From: Promethearchaeota archaeon
Lineage (GTDB): Archaea; Asgardarchaeota; Lokiarchaeia; Sigyniarchaeales; SOKP01
Reading direction: 5' to 3'
Assembly (NCBI GenBank): GCA_048940645.1
Contig: JBHLOI010000025.1
Span: 1-49,553 of the forward strand
Length of the DNA: 49,553 nucleotides
In this document: piece after piece, positions 9,408 through 17,981 of the stretch
How positions within the stretch are numbered: the first letter of the stretch is position 1
How the letters are laid out: each line of letters begins with the position of its first letter
Notes under the pieces: generated by a model
Told to the model about the DNA's origin: nothing
Seen by the model: only the letters and a program-made list of their open reading frames with translations
Database searches by the model: none
Position numbers and translations under genes: made by a program

Positions 9408-10283
9408 TTAATAAAATTTAGCAACAATTTCATCAGGATTACTAATTACATTAAACTTTTTTCTAAAGTAATTACAAACATTTTCAATATCTCTTTCTAA
9501 TAGAGATTGAGCATTTGGATGTTCTTTCGGAACCCACTGCAGCCAATCTATTATAAGGATATTTCCTTTCTCGTCTAAAATAATATTAAATTCCCCCAAA
9601 TCACCATGAATCATACCTGCTTTTTTATATATTACTTTTATCTGTTTTATTATCGTGTTAAAAATTTTATCTGGATTTTTAATACTTTGGTAATATACTA
9701 GTTCTTTACCTCTTAAGTATGACATTACAATAGCATGCCTATTAAATGCAATTGGTTTAGGAGTATTTAATTTAAGTAAATAAATTTTATTTAATGCATG
9801 ATACTCCTTTTTTGCTGCCAACCTGTTTATGTATAACCATGAAAGGTGTGATCTCTTCCCTATAAAACTTCGATACTTCTTAATATTTTTAAAGCTTGTT
9901 CTTCCCATTCGGTAAATTTTAATTGCATATATATTTTCATTATCATCCCTACAACTATAAACATCTGACTCTTTTCCTTTTCCAATTAGAGGTCCTAATT
10001 CACTGATGATGTTTTTTTCAACTAAAGCATGTAAAGCTAATACGTCATATCCATAGGAATTTAATGTATAGGAGATTTCATATTCTGAGGAGTTCCTTAT
10101 AATCAAATCGTTTTTATGCACTTTTTTAAGTCGAAATAGCGTTTCTTCAATTGGATATCGAGCATAAAATCTTATATCACTAATTTTTACATACTCAGAT
10201 CTTTTCATTCCAAGTTCAATTGCCATTAATATCCTCAAATCTTCTTTTTCAAGATTGGGAAGAAGTTTGGCAGCTTCAGCCAT
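9408..10283 (-). CDS. rio2: RIO2 atypical Ser/Thr kinase
   Basis: N-terminal wHTH (GYDVLAL), GKGKESDVY, GRTSF, IHGDLGEFN, IDWLQ. Confidence 0.93.
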   Translation of the reverse strand: MAEAAKLLPNLEKEDLRILMAIELGMKRSEYVKISDIRFYARYPIEETLFRLKKVHKNDLIIRNSSEYEISYTLNSYGYDVLALHALVEKNIISELGPLIGKGKESDVYSCRDDNENIYAIKIYRMGRTSFKNIKKYRSFIGKRSHLSWLYINRLAAKKEYHALNKIYLLKLNTPKPIAFNRHAIVMSYLRGKELVYYQSIKNPDKIFNTIIKQIKVIYKKAGMIHGDLGEFNIILDEKGNILIIDWLQWVPKEHPNAQSLLERDIENVCNYFRKKFNVISNPDEIVAKFY

Positions 10284-10359
10284 ATTATTAAATTTGAATT
10301 TATTTATTTATAATTTTTATTTAATCAAATGATTATAAATAAATATGTAATGTATAGAA

Positions 10360-11154
10360 TTAAAAAATATATTTTCTGTAAGTTCTTATGAAAGATATTA
10401 ATTTGAGCAAATTAGGTAATTCAAAAATGATAATTGCAGAAAATATAATTATATAAAACAGGGTAATATCTTGTATTTTAATTATATATAAAGTAGTAGT
10501 TGATCCCTCCTGAAATAGAAACAAATAAATTCCTTGTTGGAGATATAATAAGATTCCACTACAAATTATCAGACCTATTAAAGAAAATATAATAACTTGA
10601 GCTTCCATTTCATAAAATCCAATTATCATATTAAAGATAAACATTATTAGAGAAATTATTAATAGGACTTTTGGATAAAACAACCAACTTTGATATATTA
10701 CAGCAGAAACAATATAATTACCATTTGAAACAGGCCAAAATAAATAATTGAATAGTATTAAAAGAGAAAATATTGGAAAAGTAATTGATATTATTAAAAA
10801 CACTGAATAAAGTCTAATAGTTGTGAATTTCGCAAATTTATATTTACTAATTTCTTTTTGCTTTTTAGCTGCAATTAACATTTTATCAAGTCTTTCTTTA
10901 ACAAAATCCGGGATATATTTAGCTAATACATTAATTTGAAATTTTAGTTGCAGATCCTTTGAAATTAATTCACTTAGTAATTGATATCCCTTTTTATACC
11001 TCGCTTTAGTACTCTTAGGTCCTCTCCATAGATAAATGATTTTATTATCTTCATCAAGAAAGGCACATAAATCATGATAAAATAAATATTCATCCTCTTC
11101 AATCCAATTATTTTTAATTTCATTGAAAATAAAACTTCTCAGCATAAGGATCAA
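10360..11154 (-). CDS. Gelsolin-like domain fused to a four-transmembrane membrane domain
   Basis: DLCAFLDEDNKIIYLWRGPKS resembles the gelsolin-repeat core; four hydrophobic segments follow. Confidence 0.6.
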   Translation of the reverse strand: MILMLRSFIFNEIKNNWIEEDEYLFYHDLCAFLDEDNKIIYLWRGPKSTKARYKKGYQLLSELISKDLQLKFQINVLAKYIPDFVKERLDKMLIAAKKQKEISKYKFAKFTTIRLYSVFLIISITFPIFSLLILFNYLFWPVSNGNYIVSAVIYQSWLFYPKVLLIISLIMFIFNMIIGFYEMEAQVIIFSLIGLIICSGILLYLQQGIYLFLFQEGSTTTLYIIKIQDITLFYIIIFSAIIIFELPNLLKLISFIRTYRKYIF

Positions 11155-11258
11155 TTAATTTTAAAATCATGATATTTTTAATTTTTATCTATTTATTTCG
11201 ATAAATGTCGTAAAAATTTTAGCGAAAATAAAAAGGATAAATATATATAATAAAAATG

Positions 11259-12158
11259 TTAAATTTCTGTTAATCTCTTTTCAATTTCATTCCATAAATC
11301 ATGGATATATCTTTTATGGTTTTCAATTTCTCCTTTTGAGATTTTTCTGAATCTTTTTTGGGAATTAAAATACTCTTCTATGGGTTTTCTTTTTGAAGCG
11401 TCTAGAAATCTTCTACTATCTTTAGAAAGGATAAATTTACCTTCAATTATTTCGTATAAAGGCCAAAATCCTGTTTGTACGGCTAATCTACCTATCTTAA
11501 TTGAGTCTTTTGGTTCGTATCCCCAACCTGGGGGGCAAGGAGCTAAAATATGCAAATATTTTGGACCAGCTATAGCTTTAGCTCTCTGAAATTTTTCATA
11601 TAGATCGAGCGGGTAAGATGATATAGCGGTAGCAACATATGGTATTCCGTGAGCTTCCAAAATTTTTGCCATATTTTTCTTATAACCCGTTTTTCCTTCG
11701 GGTGTTGTAGTACTAAATGCTCCTGGAGGAGTACTTCCGCTTCTTTGGACACCTGTGTTCATATAAGCCTCATTATCATAACAAGCAAAAATAAAATTTG
11801 TACCTCTTTCTACAGCTCCACTTAAACTCTGAATACCAATATCAACAGTTCCACCATCTCCAGCAAATGCCAATACATTGATATCTTCTGATAAACCTTT
11901 ATCATCTAAAGATGCAACTATACCTGATGCTGCAGCTCCTGTGGTAGCGAACGGGGTGTGATATACAGATACTTTAGTTGTACAAAAACCCTGCATCCCA
12001 TGTAATACAGTTAAGCATGAAGCAGGTACGGTTATTATCGTATTTGGGCCTAAAGCCTTAAGAGCGATCCTATATATTAAAGCCATTGAACACCCAGCGC
12101 ATGCTCTGGTTCCTGGATAAATAAATTCTTCTTCGGGAATGTCCATTACTTTTACCAT
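11259..12158 (-). CDS. porB: Pyruvate/2-oxoacid:ferredoxin oxidoreductase beta subunit
   Basis: ACAGC, GDGG...DNEAYMNTG (TPP-binding), PCPPGW. Confidence 0.93.
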   Translation of the reverse strand: MVKVMDIPEEEFIYPGTRACAGCSMALIYRIALKALGPNTIITVPASCLTVLHGMQGFCTTKVSVYHTPFATTGAAASGIVASLDDKGLSEDINVLAFAGDGGTVDIGIQSLSGAVERGTNFIFACYDNEAYMNTGVQRSGSTPPGAFSTTTPEGKTGYKKNMAKILEAHGIPYVATAISSYPLDLYEKFQRAKAIAGPKYLHILAPCPPGWGYEPKDSIKIGRLAVQTGFWPLYEIIEGKFILSKDSRRFLDASKRKPIEEYFNSQKRFRKISKGEIENHKRYIHDLWNEIEKRLTEI

Positions 12159-13459
12159 TATTTTTTTACCTCCTCAAAAAAAGTTGATTCATCATAATTA
12201 TTGAGTTCATTTAGTTTTAGCCCTAAAAATTCGGTTGTCTGAGATATCTCTCCAGTTTTAGCTTGGTTTATGGTTCTATTAACTCCATCAATAATGTGTT
12301 CATTTGTTACATCCCTTCCACCTAAACCAACTATAAATCCTTTAATGAAAGGTGGTTTCTTCAATCCATATAAAGCGGATTTTAATTCATAGCATAGTAC
12401 CCCTTCATAACCGTATCCAATATCTCTATCAAAAACTACAATTGTTTCCTTCTCCTTCAATAACTCTTTCAAATATTTCGCAGGATAAGGTCGAAAAAGT
12501 TTTAAACTAACCAAACCTACTTTTAAACCTTCTTGCCTTAATTTTTTTAATACAATTTTTGATTGAGATGCAACTGATCCCATAGCGAGGATAATTAGAT
12601 CAGCATCTTCTAGTTGTTCAGTCTTAAATAAACCATTTCCATAGGATCTACCAAATTTTTGTGCAAATTCATCGTGAACTTGTTGTATAATATCGATAGA
12701 ATTTTCAAGGGCTTTTTGTAAAGCATATCGATATTCATAATATCCAGGAGCAGTACCTTCTTTCCCTCTATTTCTAATGTGAGGAGTTGTAACAGGATCA
12801 ACTCCTTTTATTTGAGAAATATCTGATAGATTGATATGGTGTTTGAGTGGAGGGAGAAAAGCATCAATATCTTGTTGATTTTCTAAAGTAACAGGCATCA
12901 TTGTATGACTTAATATGTATCCATCATAGGCTACAATTGATGGTAAAAAAACTCGAGGATCTTCTGCAATTTTAAAAGCTTGAATATTTGTATCATAAAT
13001 TTCTTGATTACTTTCACACATAAACTGAATCCACCCCACATCCCTTATGGTTATAAAGTCTGAATGATCTGTCCAGACACTCCACGGCGCTCCAAGTGAT
13101 CTAGTGGCTAAATTTACGATTATTGGTAATCTATTACCTGCTGCCCAAGGAAGCATCTCGTACATTAGCTCAAGTCCGTGAGCAGAGGTTGCTGTAGCTA
13201 CCCTAGAACCTGTTGCAGAAGCTGCGCAACATACAGCTAATGCTGAATGTTCTGATTCAACTTTTACAAATTTAGCATCCAATTTTCCTTTAGATATGAA
13301 TTCAGCTATTTTTTCGACCACGGGGCTTTGCGGAGTAATTGGATAAGCTGAAATCACACCAACCTTCGCTTGTCTAATTGCATGAGCGGCAGCATGATTA
13401 CCGGTTAATATTTTTGTTTTTTGTCCGAATGTTTTAATTTTTGGCTCTATAATATTCAA
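12158..13459 (-). CDS. porA: Pyruvate/2-oxoacid:ferredoxin oxidoreductase alpha subunit
   Basis: AYPITPQ, VESEHSA, GLGGRD; start revised to TTG at 13459, overlapping the porD stop and preceded by GGAGGT. Confidence 0.92.
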   Translation of the reverse strand: MNIIEPKIKTFGQKTKILTGNHAAAHAIRQAKVGVISAYPITPQSPVVEKIAEFISKGKLDAKFVKVESEHSALAVCCAASATGSRVATATSAHGLELMYEMLPWAAGNRLPIIVNLATRSLGAPWSVWTDHSDFITIRDVGWIQFMCESNQEIYDTNIQAFKIAEDPRVFLPSIVAYDGYILSHTMMPVTLENQQDIDAFLPPLKHHINLSDISQIKGVDPVTTPHIRNRGKEGTAPGYYEYRYALQKALENSIDIIQQVHDEFAQKFGRSYGNGLFKTEQLEDADLIILAMGSVASQSKIVLKKLRQEGLKVGLVSLKLFRPYPAKYLKELLKEKETIVVFDRDIGYGYEGVLCYELKSALYGLKKPPFIKGFIVGLGGRDVTNEHIIDGVNRTINQAKTGEISQTTEFLGLKLNELNNYDESTFFEEVKK

Positions 13460-13764
13460 TCTGTTTTTACCTCCTCCATAGTTATTGCTTTCACAGGACA
13501 TTCCTCCATACATATACCACATCCTTTACAATATTCTAAATCTATTCTTGGCGGGATTGTTCTTGAAACTACAGCTTCTGGGCAAAAAAGCCAACAATTA
13601 AAGCAGCTAGCTTTTCCTGATTTAACTGGAATACATTTCTCCAAATCAATAACTGGCTTTTTAGAGCTCCACGTTCCTGTTTTTCCTGCCTCACCTTTTA
13701 CTGGTTTTTGTACAGAGCCGAGTATTTTTTGGTAATCCTTTTTAATATCAGTCATAGGTATCAC
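13456..13764 (-). CDS. porD: Pyruvate/2-oxoacid:ferredoxin oxidoreductase delta subunit (2x[4Fe-4S])
   Basis: KTGTW, CFNCWLFCPE, YCKGCGICMEECP. Confidence 0.92.
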   Translation of the reverse strand: MIPMTDIKKDYQKILGSVQKPVKGEAGKTGTWSSKKPVIDLEKCIPVKSGKASCFNCWLFCPEAVVSRTIPPRIDLEYCKGCGICMEECPVKAITMEEVKTD

Positions 13765-14032
13765 ACATAATATTGAATTGAATTTAATATAAAAATTAAT
13801 AAGTATTGAAATAAAATTCTTGCTATTAAATTCGATAAGATTTACGGGTTAAGTTAATTAAAAAAATAATCTTTTTTCATAAATTCATATAAAGTAGAAA
13901 CATAAACCCCCAAAATAGAATAAACTTAGATTATTAACGTTGATAAAGGATAAACATAAATAATTATAATTTAATAATCTTTTTAGAGAAGTTTCTAATA
14001 GAGAATAGTTACCATACACTTAGGTTGTTAAA

Positions 14033-16276
14033 ATGGATTATAATAAAGAGGAAATAAGAGAAAAATTTAAAGATCTTTTTGAACATTCCTTAGATTTAAT
14101 TTATGTCAATGATTTAAATGGAAATTTTCTGGATGCGAATGAAATAACATTATTTACCATTGGCTATGAAAGAGACGATATTCCTAATGTTTCTTTTATA
14201 AATTTATTAGATAAAGAAAATCTAATGAAAGCGTATAAAGTAACGAAGGAAATAAAAAAAACTGGTAAACAATCAAAAAGAAGTGAATATAAAATTAAAA
14301 CTAAGGATGGAAATTATGTATATATTGAAACTTATGGTATACCCCTAAAAAAAGATGGAAATGTCTATGCAGTTTTAGGAATTGGTAAAAATGTAACAGA
14401 TCGTAAAAAGGCAGAACAGAATTTAAAAAAATCTGGAGAAATGTTTAAAGCTATATATAAGGAGGGACCAATTCCTGCTTATACTTGGCAAAAATATGAT
14501 GATGATTTTGTATTAATAGATTTTAATAACGCTGCTACAAAAATAACAAAAGGAACAGTTAATGATTTCTTAGGATATAAAGCTTCTGAATTGTATAAAG
14601 ATCGGAAAGATATTTTAGAAGATTTAAAACTTTGTATGAATAAAAAATTCCAAATTACAAGAGAAATGAAATACAAATTTCAGTTTTCGGGTGAAGAAAA
14701 GGATCTTTTTGTAAATTATGGATATGTTAGTCCTGACTTGATTATAGTGCATACAGAAGATATAACTGAAAGAAAAAGAGCAGAAGAGAATTTAAAAGAA
14801 TCAGAAAAAAAATATCGTAATTTAATTGAAAATTTAGATGTAGGTTTTTATCAAGTTAAATTAGATGGAGAAATGTTAAACCATAATAGTGCACATAATG
14901 TTATTTTAGGATATAATCCTTCAGAGAGTTTAATAGGGAAAAATGTTTCAGAATTTTGGCAAAATCCTGAAGATCGTGGGAAATATTTAGAAGTTCTCGC
15001 TAAGGATGAAAAAGTAAGAGGTTATATTTGCCATGTTAAAACTAAAACAGGTAGAAAGATTACTCTAGAATTAAATTCGCACTTAATTAAAGATAAAGAT
15101 GGATGGCCTATTCAAATTGATGGAACTATTACTGATGTTACAGAAAAATTCAATTTAGAAAGAAAATTGAGAGAATCTGAAGAAAAGTTCAGAAGCCTTT
15201 ATGAAAATACCCCTTTTTCTATAGTATTATTAGATTCTAAAGGAGTTATTGTTGATATTAATCCAAGATCGGCAGAAGTTTTTGGATATAAAAAAGAAGA
15301 ATTAGTTGGGAAAAAATTTAAAGATGTTCCAGTTCTTCATCCAAATTATTTACCAAAAATAATTGATTTGTTCAAAAAATTCATCAAAGGAGAAGTTGTT
15401 CATCGCATTGACTTACAAGCTTACAGAAAGAATGGCAGTCTAATCTGGGTTAACTTACAGGCTGGATTGATTGATATAGGCGGGGAAACCTACGTTCAAG
15501 CAATTTTTAATGACATTACGCTACAAAAAGAAGCGGAGATTTTAATTAAAGAAGAAATTAAAAAATTAAAAGAATTAGATACAATTAGAAAAAATTTAAT
15601 CTCACGCGTTTCTCATGAATTGAAAACTCCTCTTGTTTCAATAAGCGGGGGGAGTGAACTTTTATTAACTCTATATAAAGATAAATTTGGAGCAGAACAA
15701 CTTGAAATAATTGAACTTATAGAAAAGGGAGGTAAACGATTAAGACATTTAGTTGACAATTTAATTGATATTTCTCGTGTTGATTATAATAAACTCCAAC
15801 TTACTAAAAAATCAACCAATTTAAGTAAAATTATAAAGGATTGTGTTAAAGAATTAGATTATTGGATAAAGGAAAGGAAGCTTAATTTGAGTATATCAGT
15901 TCCCGAAAATCTCGTGTTAATGTTAGATCAAATCAGAATTGAGCAAGTAATTATTAATTTATTATCAAACGCGATAAAAAATACACCTCCCGATGGGCAA
16001 ATAAGGCTAAATCTTAGTAAAACGGGAAATTGGGCAGAATTTAGAATAAATGATACAGGCATCGGTCTAACAAGGGAGGAGATGTATATGTTATTTACTA
16101 GATTTGGCAAAATCGAGCGATATGGTCCCGGTTATGAATATATAGATATTCAAGGTACTGGTTTGGGTTTATTCATTTCAAAAGAGATTATTGATTTACA
16201 TGAAGGTGAAATTAGAGCTGAATCAGCCGGCAGAAACAAAGGAAGTACATTTATTGTAAAACTACCCATCAATTAA
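14033..16276 (+). CDS. Cytoplasmic multi-PAS sensor histidine kinase
   Basis: About four PAS/PAC repeats (DITERK-type ends), SHELKTPL H-box, NLLSNAIK, DTGIG, GTGLGL. Confidence 0.93.
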   Translation: MDYNKEEIREKFKDLFEHSLDLIYVNDLNGNFLDANEITLFTIGYERDDIPNVSFINLLDKENLMKAYKVTKEIKKTGKQSKRSEYKIKTKDGNYVYIETYGIPLKKDGNVYAVLGIGKNVTDRKKAEQNLKKSGEMFKAIYKEGPIPAYTWQKYDDDFVLIDFNNAATKITKGTVNDFLGYKASELYKDRKDILEDLKLCMNKKFQITREMKYKFQFSGEEKDLFVNYGYVSPDLIIVHTEDITERKRAEENLKESEKKYRNLIENLDVGFYQVKLDGEMLNHNSAHNVILGYNPSESLIGKNVSEFWQNPEDRGKYLEVLAKDEKVRGYICHVKTKTGRKITLELNSHLIKDKDGWPIQIDGTITDVTEKFNLERKLRESEEKFRSLYENTPFSIVLLDSKGVIVDINPRSAEVFGYKKEELVGKKFKDVPVLHPNYLPKIIDLFKKFIKGEVVHRIDLQAYRKNGSLIWVNLQAGLIDIGGETYVQAIFNDITLQKEAEILIKEEIKKLKELDTIRKNLISRVSHELKTPLVSISGGSELLLTLYKDKFGAEQLEIIELIEKGGKRLRHLVDNLIDISRVDYNKLQLTKKSTNLSKIIKDCVKELDYWIKERKLNLSISVPENLVLMLDQIRIEQVIINLLSNAIKNTPPDGQIRLNLSKTGNWAEFRINDTGIGLTREEMYMLFTRFGKIERYGPGYEYIDIQGTGLGLFISKEIIDLHEGEIRAESAGRNKGSTFIVKLPIN

Positions 16277-16292
16277 GAAGAATTCATAAACT

Positions 16293-16892
16293 TTATAGTA
16301 TTTTAGCTAGTTTATATCCTTGCTCTATTAATTCAAAATTAAGTTTTCCAACTTTTTCGCCCATTTTGTTAAAGACTACCTCTTTTAGATTCTTTAATGT
16401 TAAATCTGGTAATCCTTTTGATAATAATCCTAAAATAGGAGTATTAATAACTGGGTTTCCGTCTATAGTCAAATGTTTTTCCAATGCTAAATTACTAATA
16501 TCAGCGACTATAATTTTTACCTCTTTACTAAAATTAAACTGATTTACAAAGAATTCTGGCTCTTTATCTGAATTAATAATAAAAGTGCCATTAGTTTTTA
16601 GAGAAGATACAACTTCATAATCTAAAACGGTTTCATCAAATACAATTAAAATATCCGGGTGTTCAATTTGGGCACGATCCCATATTTTTTCAGTTCTGGA
16701 TAGTTTGGCATAAGCTTGAACTGGAGCGCCTCTCCTTTCAGCACCAAATGAAGGGTACGCGTGGACATCTTTAAAATTTCCACTTAAATATGCTGCTTCT
16801 GCAAGAATTTCACATGCAGTAACTGCTCCTTGGCCACCTCTGCCTAGTATAATTAAACTTATAATTTCATCATTATTATCTGAAGCATTCAT
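16293..16892 (-). CDS. porG: Pyruvate/2-oxoacid:ferredoxin oxidoreductase gamma subunit
   Basis: GRGGQGAVT, PSFGAERRGAPV. Confidence 0.93.
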   Translation of the reverse strand: MNASDNNDEIISLIILGRGGQGAVTACEILAEAAYLSGNFKDVHAYPSFGAERRGAPVQAYAKLSRTEKIWDRAQIEHPDILIVFDETVLDYEVVSSLKTNGTFIINSDKEPEFFVNQFNFSKEVKIIVADISNLALEKHLTIDGNPVINTPILGLLSKGLPDLTLKNLKEVVFNKMGEKVGKLNFELIEQGYKLAKIL

Positions 16893-17090
16893 TGAAATAG
16901 CCTATGAAGGTAAAATGTTGATATAAAAATAATACTATTTTATAAGAAGTTTACTGATTAATATAAAGGTTTGTCAAATTAGCATTTCTCTTTAAAAAAC
17001 TTTTCAAAAGCAATAAAAATTTAAAAAAATCGAAATTAATAGTCATATCAAATCGATTTTGGTCGAAATTTAATCCAAATGTGAATAAAT

Positions 17091-17918
17091 GTGATAAATA
17101 AATCTGGATATTTCAAAGGAAGGGAGAATAAAACACTATTCTATCAATATTGGTTGCCTGATTCCAAAGATATAAAAGCTTATATAATTGCCATTCATGG
17201 ATGGGGTACTCATTCTGATAGAATGAAGATTCCTGCTGAATTCTTCACAAAAAAAGGCTATGCTATTTACACATTCGATTTACGAGGACACTGGAGAAAT
17301 GCTGAAATTCAAGGACACATTGATAGTATGGATCATATCCAAAAAGATATTGTTTTATTCATGGATCTTGTAAAAAAACAGGTCGGAAGTAAAAAAGTAT
17401 TTTTAATGGGTCATGCCTTTGGTGGTTTGATCAGTTTAATTTACGCTATTAACCATCCTGGTTTAAAGGGAGTTATAGTATCTTCTCCACAATTAGGGTT
17501 AGCAACTGGTAAAATGGCAAAAAAGCTGAAAGGGGCGATCTCGAAACTTTCACCTACTAAGACGGTATCAATGATTATTGATCAGAACCAATTGACTAGC
17601 GATTTAAAAATCTTAAGACAGCATATTGCTGATGATAAAAAGTTAGAAATAATAACAGTCAAATCAGTAGTAGAAATGGAAAATTCCATGAGATGGATTA
17701 TGGAAAATGCTATTAATTTAATTTGTCCAGTATTGATATTACAGGCGGGAAATGATAATATTGTTAAGAAAAACAAAACTAAAGAGTTTTTTAAAAATGT
17801 AAAGAGCCTAGATAAAACATATCGAGAATATGATGGATTCCTTCATGAGTTATGGAATGAGAAAAGTCGCGCTTTAGTGTATCGAGATATGTATGTATGG
17901 CTTGAAAAACATATTTAA
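17091..17918 (+). CDS. Lysophospholipase/monoacylglycerol-lipase-like alpha/beta hydrolase with nucleophile Ser replaced by Ala
   Basis: HGWGTHS, FDLRGH, GHAFGG, HELWNE. Confidence 0.85.
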   Translation: MINKSGYFKGRENKTLFYQYWLPDSKDIKAYIIAIHGWGTHSDRMKIPAEFFTKKGYAIYTFDLRGHWRNAEIQGHIDSMDHIQKDIVLFMDLVKKQVGSKKVFLMGHAFGGLISLIYAINHPGLKGVIVSSPQLGLATGKMAKKLKGAISKLSPTKTVSMIIDQNQLTSDLKILRQHIADDKKLEIITVKSVVEMENSMRWIMENAINLICPVLILQAGNDNIVKKNKTKEFFKNVKSLDKTYREYDGFLHELWNEKSRALVYRDMYVWLEKHI

Positions 17919-17981
17919 AAAAATTAAAAATTAATAAATAAAAAAAATCCATTATTAAATACTAATTTTAACAAAATCATA

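Noticed and set aside
13460-13522. N-terminal extension of porA in the ORF track
   Set aside because: Overlaps porD; TTG at 13459 with GGAGGT upstream is the better start
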